A DNA stretch of 64,000 nt from Eledone cirrhosa (GCA_964016885.1 OZ024743.1:134416001-134480000), one strand, 5' to 3'. Counted from the first letter of the stretch, positions 1 through 15,826 are shown. Numbers and translations: made by a program. Notes: generated from the sequence alone by a model not told the origin.

Positions 1-3000
1 AAACACCAAGCACCAAGCACCCAGAACCAAGCACCAAGCACCAAACACCAAACACCAAGCACCAAGCACCAAACACCAAACACCAAGCACCAAGCACCAA
101 GCACCAAGCACTAAACACCATACACCAAGCACCAAGCACCAATCACTAAACACTAAACACCAAGCACCAAGCACCAAACACAAACACCAAGCACCAAGTA
201 CCAAACTCCAAACACCAAACACCAAGCACCAAGCACCAAATCCCAAGCACCAAACACCATTCACCATAAAACAAACACCAAACACCAAGCATGAAGCACC
301 AAGCACCAAATACCAATCACCAAGCACCAAAGAGCAAACACCAAGCCCCAAGCACCAAACACCAAACACCAAACACCAAACAGCAAACACTAAACACCAA
401 ACACCAAAGAGCAAACACCAAACACCAAATAGCAAACACCAAACACCAACAAGGAAACACCAAACAGCAAACACCAAACAGCAAACGCCAAACAGCAAAC
501 ACAAACACCAAACACCAAACACCAAACACCAAACACCAAGCACCAAGCACAAAACACCAAGCACCAAGCGCCAAGCACCAAACACCAAACACCAAACACC
601 AAACACCAAACACCAATCACCAAACACCAGACACCAAACACCAAACAGCAAACACCAAACACCAAACAGCAAACACCAAACACCAAACACCAAACAGCAA
701 ACACCAAACAGCAAACACCAAACAGCAAACACCAAACAGCAAACAGCAAACACCAAACACCAAACACCAAGCACCAAGCAGCAAACACCAACACCAAGCA
801 ACAAGCACCAATCACCAAGCACCAAGCACTAAACACCAAACACCTAGCACCAAGCACCAAGCACCAAACACCAAGCACCAAGCACCAAGCACCAAACACC
901 AAGCACCAAAGACCAAGCCCCAAATACCAAGCACCAAGCACCAAACACCAATCACCAGGCACCAAGCACCAAACACCAAGAACCAAGCACCAAGCACTAA
1001 ACACCAAACACCTAGCACCAAGCACCAAACACCAAGAACCAAGCACCAAGCGCAAACACCGAACACCAAGCACCAAGCACCAAACACCAAGCACCAACCA
1101 CCAAGCACCAAACACCAAGCACCAAGCACCAGACACCAAGCACCAAGCACTAAGCACCAAGCACCAAAAACCAAGCACCAAGCTCCAAGCACCAAACACC
1201 AAGCACCAAACACCAAACACCAAGCACCAAGCACCAATCACCAAGCACCAAGCACCAAATACCAAGCACCAAGCAACAAGCACCAAACACCAAACACAAA
1301 ACACCAAACACCAAACACCAAGCACCAAACACCAAACACCAAGCACCAATCACCAAACACCAAACACCAAGCACCAAGCACCAAACACCAAGCACCAAGC
1401 ACCAAAGAGAAAAAAACCAAGCACCAAGCATCAAACACCAAACACCAAACACCACACAGCAAACAGCAAACAGCAAACACCAAACAGCAAACACCAAATA
1501 GCAAACACCAAACAGCAAACACCAAACACCAAACAGCAAACACTAAACACCAAACACCAAGCACCAAGCACCAAGCACCAAACAACAAGCACCAAGCACC
1601 AAGCACCAAGCACCAAACACCAAACACCAATCGCCAAACACCAAACACCAAGCATCAAGCACCAAACACCAAACACCAAGCACCAAGCACCAAGCACCAA
1701 ACACAAAACACCAAGTACCAAGCACCTACCACAAAACACCAAACACCAAACACCAAGCACCAGACACCAAGCACCAAGCACTAAGCACCAAGCACCAAAA
1801 ACCAAGCACCAAGCTCCAAGCACCAAACACCAAGCACCAAGCACCAAGCACCAAACTCCAAGCACCAAGCACCAAGCACCAAACACAAAGCACCAAGCAC
1901 CAACCACCAAGCAGCAAGCACCAAGCACCAAGCACCAAACACCAAGCACCAAGCACCAAACACCAAACACCAAGCACCAATCACCAAACACCAAACACCA
2001 AGCACCAAGCACCAAACACCAAGCACCAAGCACCAAAGAGAAAAAAACCAAGCACCAAGCATCAAACACCAAACACCAAACACCACACAGCAAACAGCAA
2101 ACAGCAAACACCAAACAGCAAACACCAAATAGCAAACACCAAACAGCAAACACCAAACACCAAACAGCAAACACTAAACACCAAACACCAAGCACCAAGC
2201 ACCAAGCACCAAACAACAAGCACCAAGCACCAAGCACCAAGCACCAAACACCAAACACCAATCGCCAAACACCAAACACCAAGCATCAAGCACCAAACAC
2301 CAAACACCAAGCACCAAGCACCAAGCACCAAGCACCAAACACCAAGCACCAAGCACCAATCACCAAACACCAAACACCAGGCACCAAACACCAAACAGCA
2401 AACACCAATCACCAAACACCAAACACCAAACAGCAAACACCAATCACCAAACAACAAACACCAAACACCAAACAGTAAACACCAAACACCAAACAGCAAA
2501 CACCAAACACCAAACACCAAACAAACAGCAAAGAGCAAACACCAAACAGCAAACAGCAAACACCAAACACCAAACAACAAACGCCAAACAGCAAATGCCA
2601 GCCACCAGATGCCTAACAGCAAACGCCAAACACCAAACGCCAAACAGCAAACACCAAACACCAAACAGCAAACACCAAACACCAAACACCAAATAGCAAA
2701 CACCAAACAGCAAACACAAAACAACAAACACCAAACAGCAAACACCAAACAGCAAACAGCAAACACCAAACACCAAACACCAAGCACCAAGCACCAAACA
2801 CCAAGCACCAATCAACAAGCACACAATCACCAAGCACCAAGCACTAAACACCAAACACCAAGCACCAAGCACCAAGCACCAAACACCAAGCACAAAGCAC
2901 CAAGCACCAAACGCCAAGCAACAAGCACCAAACACCAAGCACCAAGCACCAAGCACCAAACACCAAGCACCAAAGACCAAGCACCAAATACCAAGCACCA

Positions 3001-6000
3001 AGCACCAAACACCAAACACCAAGAACCAAGCACCAATCACTAAACACTAAACACCAAGCACCAAGCACCAAACACCAAGAACCAAGCACCAAGCACTAAA
3101 CACCAAATACCAAGCACCAAGCACCAAACACCAAACACCAAGCACCAAGTACCAAACTCCAAACACCAAACACCAAGCACCAAGCACCAAATCCCAAGCA
3201 CCAAACACCAAGCACCAATCACCAAACACCAAACACCAAGCACCAAGCACCAAACACCAAAAACCAAGCACCAAGCACCAAGCACCAAACACCTAACGCC
3301 AAACACCGAAAACCAAGTACCAAGCACCAAACACCAAGCACCAAGCGTCAAAGACCAAACACCTAGCACCAAGCACGAAACACCAAGCACCAAGCACCGA
3401 GCACCAAAGACCAAGTACCAGGCACCAATCACCAAACACCAAGAACCAAGCACCAAACACCAGACAGCAAGCACCAAGCACCAAACACCAGACAGCAAGC
3501 ACCAAGCACCAAACACCAAACTCCAAGCACCAAGCACCAAGCACCAAGCGCCAAACACCAAACACCAAGCACCAAGCACCAAACACCAAGCACCAACCAC
3601 CAAGCACCAAACACCAAGCACCAAGCACCAAACACCAAGCACCAATCACCAAACAGCAAACACCAAGCACCAAACACCAAACACCAAGCACCAAGCACCA
3701 AACACCAAGCACCAAGCACCAAACACCAAGCACCAAGCACCAAACACCAAAAACCAATCACCAAGCACCAAAGAGCAAACACCAAGCCCCAAGCACCAAA
3801 CACAAAACACCAAATACCAAATAGCAAACACTAAACACCAAACACCAAACAGCGAACACCAAACACCAAACAGCAAACACCAAACACCAACCAGGAAACA
3901 CCAAATACCAAGCACCAAACACCAAGCACCAAGCCCCAAGCACCAAACACCAAGCACCAAGCACCAAACACCAAGCACCAAGCACCAAGCACCATGCACC
4001 AAACACCAAGCACCAAGCACCAAACAGCAAACACCAAACAGCAAACACCAAACACCAAACACCAACCAGCAAACACCAAACACCAAACACCAAACAGCAA
4101 ACACCAAACAGCAAACACCAAACAGCAAACACCAAACACCAAACACCAAACACCAAACGCCAAAAAGCAAACGCCAAACCCCAAACGTCAAACAGCAAAC
4201 GCCAAGGACCAAACACCAAACACCAAGCGCCAAGCACCAAATACCAAACACCAAGCACCAAGCACCAAACACCAAACACCAAGGACCAATCACCTAACAC
4301 CAAGCACCAAGCGCCAAACACCAAAAACCAAACACCTAGCACCAAGCACCAAGCACCAAACACCAAGCACCAAGCCCCAAGCACCAAACAGCAAGCACCC
4401 AGCACCATACACCAAACACCAAGCACCAAGCACCCAGAACAAAGCACCAAGCACCAAACACCAAACACCAAGCTCCAAGCACCAAACACCAAACACCAAG
4501 CACCAAGCACCAAGCACCAAGCACCAAACACCAAACACCAAGCACCAAGCACCAAACACCAAGCACCAAGCGCCAAACACCAAACACCAAACACCTAGCA
4601 CCAAGCACCAAGCACTGAACACCAAGCACCAAACACCAAGCACCAAGCACCAAGCACCAAGCACCAAGCACCAAACACCAATCACCAAGCCCCAAGCACC
4701 AAACACCAAGCACCAAGCACCAAACACCAAACACCAAGCACCAAGCACCCAGAACCAAGCACCAAGCACCAAACACCAAACACCAAGCACCAAGCACCAA
4801 ACACCAAACACCAAGCACCAAGCACCAAGCACCAAGCACTAAACACCATACACCAAGCACCAAGCACCAATCACTAAACACTAAACACCAAGCACCAAGC
4901 ACCAAACACAAACACCAAGCACCAAGTACCAAACTCCAAACACCAAACACCAAGCACCAAGCACCAAATCCCAAGCACCAAACACCATTCACCATAAAAC
5001 AAACACCAAACACCAAGCATGAAGCACCAAGCACCAAATACCAATCACCAAGCACCAAAGAGCAAACACCAAGCCCCAAGCACCAAACACCAAACACCAA
5101 ACACCAAACAGCAAACACTAAACACCAAACACCAAAGAGCAAACACCAAACACCAAATAGCAAACACCAAACACCAACAAGGAAACACCAAACAGCAAAC
5201 ACCAAACAGCAAACGCCAAACAGCAAACACAAACACCAAACACCAAACACCAAACACCAAACACCAAGCACCAAGCACAAAACACCAAGCACCAAGCGCC
5301 AAGCACCAAACACCAAACACCAAACACCAAACACCAAACACCAATCACCAAACACCAGACACCAAACACCAAACAGCAAACACCAAACACCAAACAGCAA
5401 ACACCAAACACCAAACACCAAACAGCAAACACCAAACAGCAAACACCAAACAGCAAACACCAAACAGCAAACAGCAAACACCAAACACCAAACACCAAGC
5501 ACCAAGCAGCAAACACCAACACCAAGCAACAAGCACCAATCACCAAGCACCAAGCACTAAACACCAAACACCTAGCACCAAGCACCAAGCACCAAACACC
5601 AAGCACCAAGCACCAAGCACCAAACACCAAGCACCAAAGACCAAGCCCCAAATACCAAGCACCAAGCACCAAACACCAATCACCAGGCACCAAGCACCAA
5701 ACACCAAGAACCAAGCACCAAGCACTAAACACCAAACACCTAGCACCAAGCACCAAACACCAAGAACCAAGCACCAAGCGCAAACACCGAACACCAAGCA
5801 CCAAGCACCAAACACCAAGCACCAACCACCAAGCACCAAACACCAAGCACCAAGCACCAGACACCAAGCACCAAGCACTAAGCACCAAGCACCAAAAACC
5901 AAGCACCAAGCTCCAAGCACCAAACACCAAGCACCAAACACCAAACACCAAGCACCAAGCACCAATCACCAAGCACCAAGCACCAAATACCAAGCACCAA

Positions 6001-7700
6001 GCAACAAGCACCAAACACCAAACACAAAACACCAAACACCAAACACCAAGCACCAAACACCAAACACCAAGCACCAATCACCAAACACCAAACACCAAGC
6101 ACCAAGCACCAAACACCAAGCACCAAGCACCAAAGAGAAAAAAACCAAGCACCAAGCATCAAACACCAAACACCAAACACCACACAGCAAACAGCAAACA
6201 GCAAACACCAAACAGCAAACACCAAATAGCAAACACCAAACAGCAAACACCAAACACCAAACAGCAAACACTAAACAGCAAACACCAAGCACCAAGCACC
6301 AAGCACCAAACAACAAGCACCAAGCACCAAGCACCAAGCACCAAACACCAAACACCAATCGCCAAACACCAAACACCAAGCATCAAGCACCAAACACCAA
6401 ACACCAAGCACCAAGCACCAAGCACCAAACACAAAACACCAAGTACCAAGCACCTACCACAAAACACCAAACACCAAACACCAAGCACCAGACACCAAGC
6501 ACCAAGCACTAAGCACCAAGCACCAAAAACCAAGCACCAAGCTCCAAGCACCAAACACCAAGCACCAAGCACCAAGCACCAAACTCCAAGCACCAAGCAC
6601 CAAGCACCAAACACAAAGCACCAAGCACCAACCACCAAGCAGCAAGCACCAAGCACCAAGCACCAAACACCAAGCACCAAGCACCAAACACCAAACACCA
6701 AGCACCAATCACCAAACACCAAACACCAAGCACCAAGCACCAAACACCAAGCACCAAGCACCAAAGAGAAAAAAACCAAGCACCAAGCATCAAACACCAA
6801 ACACCAAACACCACACAGCAAACAGCAAACAGCAAACACCAAACAGCAAACACCAAATAGCAAACACCAAACAGCAAACACCAAACACCAAACAGCAAAC
6901 ACTAAACACCAAACACCAAGCACCAAGCACCAAGCACCAAACAACAAGCACCAAGCACCAAGCACCAAGCACCAAACACCAAACACCAATCGCCAAACAC
7001 CAAACACCAAGCATCAAGCACCAAACACCAAACACCAAGCACCAAGCACCAAGCACCAAGCACCAAACACCAAGCACCAAGCACCAATCACCAAACACCA
7101 AACACCAGGCACCAAACACCAAACAGCAAACACCAATCACCAAACACCAAACACCAAACAGCAAACACCAATCACCAAACAACAAACACCAAACACCAAA
7201 CAGTAAACACCAAACACCAAACAGCAAACACCAAACACCAAACACCAAACAAACAGCAAAGAGCAAACACCAAACAGCAAACAGCAAACACCAAACACCA
7301 AACAACAAACGCCAAACAGCAAATGCCAGCCACCAGATGCCTAACAGCAAACGCCAAACACCAAACGCCAAACAGCAAACACCAAACACCAAACAGCAAA
7401 CACCAAACACCAAACACCAAATAGCAAACACCAAACAGCAAACACAAAACAACAAACACCAAACAGCAAACACCAAACAGCAAACAGCAAACACCAAACA
7501 CCAAACACCAAGCACCAAGCACCAAACACCAAGCACCAATCAACAAGCACACAATCACCAAGCACCAAGCACTAAACACCAAACACCAAGCACCAAGCAC
7601 CAAGCACCAAACACCAAGCACAAAGCACCAAGCACCAAACGCCAAGCAACAAGCACCAAACACCAAGCACCAAGCACCAAGCACCAAACACCAAGCACCA
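1..7700 (+). repeat. Higher-order tandem duplication, period 4728 bp (1-4728; partial second copy from 4729)
   Basis: Position 1 (aaacaccaagcaccaagcacccagaacc) recurs at 4729. ORF pairs 291/5019, 1150/5878 and 2062/6790 are all offset 4728. One visible SNP: C1550 vs G6278. Confidence 0.95.
1400..2330 (+). repeat. Nested duplication, offset 631 bp, marked by caaagagaaaaaaaccaag (also present in the second 4728 copy)
   Basis: Marker at about 1403, 2034, 6131 and 6762; ORF ends 1539/2170 and 1651/2282 are offset 631. Confidence 0.9.
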
Positions 7701-7744
7701 AATACCAAGCACCAAGCACCAAACACCAAACACCAAGAACCAAG

Positions 7745-10700
7745 CACCAATCACTAAACACTAAACACCAAGCACCAAGCACCAAACACAAACACCAAGC
7801 ACCAAGTACCAAACTCCAAACACCAAACACCAAGCATCAAGCACCAAATCCCAAGCACCAAACACCATGCACCATAAAACAAACACCAAACACCAAGCAT
7901 GAAGCACCAAGCACCAAATACCAAACACCAAACACCAAGCACCACATCAAACACCAAGCACCAAGCACCAATCGCCAAGCACCAAGCACCAAGCAACAAA
8001 CACAAAGCACCAAAGACCAAGCACCAAGCACCAAGCACCAAACACCAAGCACCAAGCACCCAACACCAAACACCAATCACCAAGCACCAAAGAGCAAACA
8101 CCAAGCCCCAAGCACCAAACACCCAACACCAAACACCAAACATCAAACACCAATCACGAATCACCAAACAGCAAACAGCAAACACCAAACACCAAACACC
8201 AAGCACCAAGCACCAAACACCAAACACCAAGCACTAAGCACCAAACACCAAATACCAAGCACCAAGCACTAAACACGAAACACCAAGCACCAAGCACCAA
8301 GCACCAAGCACCAAACACCAAGCACCAAGCACCAAGCACCAAACACCAAGCACTAAGCACCAAACACCAAACACCAAGCACCAAACACCAAGCACCAAAC
8401 ACCAAGCACCAAGCACCAAGCACATGACACCAAGCACCAAGCACCAAACACCAAGCACCAAACACCAAGCACCAAGCACCAAACACCAAACATCAAGCAC
8501 CAAGCACCAAACACCAAACACCAAGCACCAAGCACCAAGCACCAAGCACCAAGCACCAAACACAAAGCACCAAGCACCAAACAGCAAACACCAAGCACCA
8601 AACACCAAACACCAAGTACCAAGCACCAAACACCAAACACCAAGCACCAAACACCAAGCACCAAGCCCCAAGCACCAAACACCAAGCACCAAGCACCAAA
8701 CACCAAGCACCAAGCACCAAGCACCATACACCAAACACCAAGCACCAAGCACCAAACAGCAAACACCAAACAGCAAACACCAAACACCAAACACCAACCG
8801 GCAAACACCAAACACCAAACACCAAACAGCAAACACCAAACATCAAACGCCAAACAGCAAATGCCAAACCCCAAACGCCAAACAGCAAACGCCAAGCGCC
8901 AAACACCAAACACCAAGCGCCAAGCACCAAATACCAAACACCAAGCACCAAGCACCAAGTACCAAACACCAAGCACCAATCACCCAACACCAAGCACCAA
9001 GTGCCAAACACCAAACACCAAACACCTAGCACCAAGTACCAAGCACCAAACACCAAGCACCAAACACCAGGCACCAAGCACCAAGCACCAAACACCAAGC
9101 ACCAAACACCAAGCACCAGACACCAAGCACCAAGCTCCAAGCACCAAGCACCAAAAACCAAGCACCAAGCTCCAAGCACCAAACACCAAGCACCAAACAC
9201 CAAACACCAAGCACCAAGCACCAAACACCAAGCACCAAGCGCCAAACATCAAACACCAAGCACCAAGCACCAAATAGCAAGCACCAAGCACCAAGCACCA
9301 AACACCAAACACCAAACACCAAACACCAAACACCAAGCACCAAGCACCAAACACCAAACACCAAGCACCAAGCACCAAACACCAAACACCAAGCACCAAG
9401 CACCAAACACCAAATACCAAGCACCAAACACCAAGCACCAAGCACCAAGCACCAAACACCAAGCACCAAACACCAAGCACCAGACACCAAGCACCAAGCA
9501 CCAAACACCAAGCACCAAACAACAAACACCAAGCACCAAGCACCAAACACCAAGCACCAAGCGCCAAACACCACACACCAAGCACCAAATACCAAGCACT
9601 AAACACCAAACACCAAGCACCAAGCACCAAACAACAAGCACCAAACACCAAACAGCAAAAACCAAACACCAAACACCAAACAGCAAACAGCAAACACCAA
9701 ACAGCAAACACCAAACAGCAAACACCAAACACCAAACACCAACCAGCAAATACCAAACACCAAACACCAAACGCCAAACATTAAACGCCAAACACCAAAC
9801 GCCAAACAGCAAACACCAAACACCAAATGCCAACCAGCAAGCACCAAGCACCAAACACCAAGCACCAAGCACCAAACACCAAACACCAAGCACCAAGCAC
9901 CAAACACCAAACACCAAGCACCAAGCACCAAACACCAAACACCAAACACCAAACAGCAAACACCAAACAGCAAACACCAAACAGCAAACACCAAATAGCA
10001 AACACCAAACAGCAAACAGCAAACACAAAACACCAAACACCAAGCACCAAGCACCAAACACCAAGCACCAAGCAACAAGCACCAATCACCAGGCACCAAG
10101 CACTAAACACCAAACACCTAGGACCAAGCACCAAGCACCAAACACCAAGCACCATGCACCAAGCACCAAACACCAAGCACCAAAGACCAAGCACCAAATA
10201 CCAAGCACCAAGCACCAAACACCAATCACCAAGTACCAAGCACCAAGTCCCAAGCACCAAACACCAAGCACCAATCACCAAACACCAAACACCAAGCACC
10301 AAGCACCAATCACCAAAAATCAAGCACCAAGCACCAAGCACCAAACACCAAACGCCAAACACAAAATACCAAGCACCAAGCACCAAACACCAAGCACCAA
10401 GCGCCAAAGACCAAACACCAAAAACCAAGCACAAAACACCAAGCACCAAGCACCGAGCACCAAACACCAAGTACCAAGCACCAATCACCAAACACCAAGC
10501 ACCAAGCACCAAACACCAAACACCAAGCACCAAGCACCAAGCACCAAGCATCAAGCACCAAGCACCAAACACCAAGCACCAAGCACCAAGCACCAAACAC
10601 AAAACAACAAGTACCAAGCACCAAACACTTAACACCAAACACCAAGCACCAAGCACCAAACACCAAACACCAAGCACCAAGCACCAGACACCAAGCACCA

Positions 10701-13700
10701 AGCACCAAGCACCATACACAAAGCACCAAGCACCAAACACCAAGCACCAAACACCAAGCACCAAGCACCAAACACCAAACACCAAGCACCAAGCACTAAA
10801 CACCAAACACCAAGCACTAAGCACCAAGCACCAAGCACCAAGCACCAAGCACCAAGCACCAAACACAAAGCACCAAGCACCAAACAGCAAACACCAAGCA
10901 CCAAACACCCAACCCCAAGCACCAAGCACCAAGCACAAAACACCAAGCACCAAACACCAAGCACAAAGCCCCAAGCACCAAACACCAAGCACCAAGCACC
11001 AAACACCAAGCACCAAGCACCAAGCACCATACACCAAACACCAAGCACCAAGCACCAAACAGCAAACACCAAACAGCAAACACCAAACACCAAACACCAA
11101 CCAGCAAACACCAAACACCAAACACCAAACAGCAAACACCAAACAGCAAACACCAAACAGCAAACACCAAACAGCAAACGCCAAAAAGCAAACGCCAAAC
11201 CCCAAACGCCAAACAGCAAATGCCAAAACCCAAACGCCAAACAGCAAACGCCAAGCGCCAAACACCTAACACCAAGCGCCAAACAGCAAATGCCAGCCAC
11301 CAGATGCCTAACAGCAAACGCCAAACACCAAACGCCAAACAGCAAACACCAAACACCAAACAGCAAACACCAAACACCAAACACCAAATAGCAAACACCA
11401 AACAGCAAACACAAAACAACAAACACCAAACAGCAAACACCAAACAGCAAACAGCAAACACCAAACACCAAACACCAAGCACCAAGCACCAAACACCAAG
11501 CACCAATCAACAAGCACCAATCACCAAGCACCAAGCACTAAACACCAAACACCAAGCACCAAGCACCAAGCACCAAACACCAAGCACAAAGCACCAAGCA
11601 CCAAACGCCAAGCAACAAGCACCAAACACCAAGCACCAAGCACCAAGCACCAAACACCAAGCACCAAAGACCAAGCACCAAATACCAAGCACCAAGCACC
11701 AAACACCAATCACCAAGCACCAAGCACCAAACACCAAGAACCAAGCACCAATCACTAAACACTAAACACCAAGCACCAAGCACCAAACACAAACACCAAG
11801 CACCAAGTACCAAACTCCAAACACCAAACACCAAGCATCAAGCACCAAATCCCAAGCACCAAACACCATGCACCATAAAACAAACACCAAACACCAAGCA
11901 TGAAGCACCAAGCACCAAATACCAAACACCAAACACCAAGCACCACATCAAACACCAAGCACCAAGCACCAATCGCCAAGCACCAAGCACCAAGCAACAA
12001 ACACAAAGCACCAAAGACCAAGCACCAAGCACCAAGCACCAAACACCAAGCACCAAGCACCCAACACCAAACACCAATCACCAAGCACCAAAGAGCAAAC
12101 ACCAAGCCCCAAGCACCAAACACCCAACACCAAACACCAAACATCAAACACCAATCACGAATCACCAAACAGCAAACAGCAAACACCAAACACCAAACAC
12201 CAAGCACCAAGCACCAAACACCAAACACCAAGCACTAAGCACCAAACACCAAATACCAAGCACCAAGCACTAAACACGAAACACCAAGCACCAAGCACCA
12301 AGCACCAAGCACCAAACACCAAGCACCAAGCACCAAGCACCAAACACCAAGCACTAAGCACCAAACACCAAACACCAAACACCAAACACCAAGCACCAAA
12401 CACCAAGCACCAAGCACCAAGCACCAGACACCAAGCACCAAGCACCAAACACCAAGCACCAAACACCAAGCACCAAGCACCAAACACCAAACATCAAGCA
12501 CCAAGCACCAAACACCAAACACCAAGCACCAAGCACCAAGCACCAAGCACCAAGCACCAAACACAAAGCACCAAGCACCAAACAGCAAACACCAAGCACC
12601 AAACACCAAACACCAAGTACCAAGCACCAAACACCAAACACCAAGCACCAAACACCAAGCACCAAGCCCCAAGCACCAAACACCAAGCACCAAGCACCAA
12701 ACACCAAGCACCAAGCACCAAGCACCATACACCAAACACCAAGCACCAAGCACCAAACAGCAAACACCAAACAGCAAACACCAAACACCAAACACCAACC
12801 GGCAAACACCAAACACCAAACACCAAACAGCAAACACCAAACATCAAACGCCAAACAGCAAATGCCAAACCCCAAACGCCAAACAGCAAACGCCAAGCGC
12901 CAAACACCAAACACCAAGCGCCAAGCACCAAATACCAAACACCAAGCACCAAGCACCAAGTACCAAACACCAAGCACCAATCACCAAACACCAAGCACCA
13001 AGTGCCAAACACCAAACACCAAACACCTAGCACCAAGTACCAAGCACCAAACACCAAGCACCAAACACCAGGCACCAAGCACCAAGCACCAAACACCAAG
13101 CACCAAACACCAAGCACCAGACACCAAGCACCAAGCTCCAAGCACCAAGCACCAAAAACCAAGCACCAAGCTCCAAGCACCAAACACCAAGCACCAAACA
13201 CCAAACACCAAGCACCAAGCACCAAACACCAAGCACCAAGCGCCAAACATCAAACACCAAGCACCAAGCACCAAATAGCAAGCACCAAGCACCAAGCACC
13301 AAACACCAAACACCAAACACCAAACACCAAACACCAAGCACCAAGCACCAAACACCAAACACCAAGCACCAAGCACCAAACACCAAACACCAAGCACCAA
13401 GCACCAAACACCAAATACCAAGCACCAAACACCAAGCACCAAGCACCAAGCACCAAACACCAAGCACCAAACACCAAGCACCAGACACCAAGCACCAAGC
13501 ACCAAACACCAAGCACCAAACAACAAACACCAAGCACCAAGCACCAAACACCAAGCACCAAGCGCCAAACACCACACACCAAGCACCAAATACCAAGCAC
13601 TAAACACCAAACACCAAGCACCAAGCACCAAACAACAAGCACCAAACACCAAACAGCAAAAACCAAACACCAAACACCAAACAGCAAACAGCAAACACCA

Positions 13701-15250
13701 AACAGCAAACACCAAACAGCAAACACCAAACACCAAACACCAACCAGCAAATACCAAACACCAAACACCAAACGCCAAACATTAAACGCCAAACACCAAA
13801 CGCCAAACAGCAAACACCAAACACCAAATGCCAACCAGCAAGCACCAAGCACCAAACACCAAGCACCAAGCACCAAACACCAAACACCAAGCACCAAGCA
13901 CCAAACACCAAACACCAAGCACCAAGCACCAAACACCAAACACCAAACACCAAACAGCAAACACCAAACAGCAAACACCAAACAGCAAACACCAAATAGC
14001 AAACACCAAACAGCAAACAGCAAACACAAAACACCAAACACCAAGCACCAAGCACCAAACACCAAGCACCAAGCAACAAGCACCAATCACCAGGCACCAA
14101 GCACTAAACACCAAACACCTAGGACCAAGCACCAAGCACCAAACACCAAGCACCATGCACCAAGCACCAAACACCAAGCACCAAAGACCAAGCACCAAAT
14201 ACCAAGCACCAAGCACCAAGTACCAAGCACCAAGTCCCAAGCACCAAACACCAAGCACCAATCACCAAACACCAAACACCAAGCACCAAGCACCAATCAC
14301 CAAAAATCAAGCACCAAGCACCAAGCACCAAACACCAAACGCCAAACACAAAATACCAAGCACCAAGCACCAAACACCAAGCACCAAGCGCCAAAGACCA
14401 AACACCAAAAACCAAGCACAAAACACCAAGCACCAAGCACCGAGCACCAAACACCAAGTACCAAGCACCAATCACCAAACACCAAGCACCAAGCACCAAA
14501 CACCAAACACCAAGCACCAAGCACCAAGCACCAAGCATCAAGCACCAAGCACCAAACACCAAGCACCAAGCACCAAGCACCAAACACAAAACAACAAGTA
14601 CCAAGCACCAAACACTTAACACCAAACACCAAGCACCAAGCACCAAACACCAAACACCAAGTACCAAGCACCAGACACCAAGCACCAAGCACCAAGCACC
14701 ATACACTAAGCACCAAGCACCAAACACCAAGCACCAAACACCAAGCACCAAGCACCAAACACCAAACACCAAGCACCAAGCACTAAACACCAAACACCAA
14801 GCACTAAGCACCAAGCACCAAGCACCAAGCACCAAGCACCAAGCACCAAACACAAAGCACCAAGCACCAAACAGCAAACACCAAGCACCAAACACCCAAC
14901 CCCAAGCACCAAGCACCAAGCACAAAACACCAAGCACCAAACACCAAGCACCAAGCCCCATGCACCAAACACCAAGCACCAAGCACCAAACACCAAGCAC
15001 CAAGCACCAAGCACCATACACCAAACACCAAGCACCAAGCACCAAACAGCAAACACCAAACAGCAAACACCAAACACCAAACACCAACCAGCAAACACCA
15101 AACACCAAACACCAAACAGCAAACACCAAACAGCAAACACCAAACAGCAAACACCAAACAGCAAACGCCAAAAAGCAAACGCCAAACCCCAAACGCCAAA
15201 CAGCAAATGCCAAAACCCAAACGCCAAACAGCAAACGCCAAGCGCCAAAC
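7745..15250 (+). repeat. Higher-order tandem duplication, period 4001 bp (3987 after a 14-bp loss near 14210)
   Basis: ORF pairs 7754/11755, 7899/11900, 9001/13002 and 9599/13600 are offset 4001; 10310/14297 is offset 3987. Shared markers: ccaatcacgaatc, aaccggcaaa, acattaaacg, cctaggacc. Confidence 0.95.
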
Positions 15251-15826
15251 ACCAAACACCAAGCGCCAAGCACCAAACACCAAACACCAAGCACCAAACA
15301 CCAAGTACCAAACACCAAACACCAAGCACCAAACACCAAACAGCAAACACCAAAAAGCAAACACCAACCCCATACGCCAAACAGCAAATGCCAAACCCCA
15401 AACGCCAAACAGCAAACGCCAATCACCAAACACCAAACACCAAGCGACAAGCACCAAACACCAAACACCAAGCACCAAGCACCAAACACCAAACACCAAG
15501 CACCAATCACCAGACACCAAACACCAAGCACCAATCACCAAACACCAAGCACCAAGCGCCAAACACTAAACACCAAACACCTAGCACCAAGCACCAAGCA
15601 CCAAACACCAAGCACCAAACACCAAGCACCAAGCACCAAGCACCAAACACCAAGCACCAAACACCAAGCACCAGACACCAAGCACCAAGCACCAAGCACC
15701 AAGCACCAAAAACCAAGCACCAAGCTCCAAGCACCAAACGCCAAGCACCAAACACCAAGCAGCACCAAGCACCAAACACCAAGCACCAAGCGCCAAACAC
15801 CAAACACCAAGCACCAAGCACCAAAT

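Noticed and set aside
291-1784. Long K/H/Q/T/P-rich ORFs (497 aa here, up to 627 aa at 28046-29929) as mucin-like or repeat proteins
   Set aside because: The same peptide appears in every frame because of 7-bp periodicity. There is no non-repetitive domain or codon-position bias, and starts and stops are incidental monomer variants.
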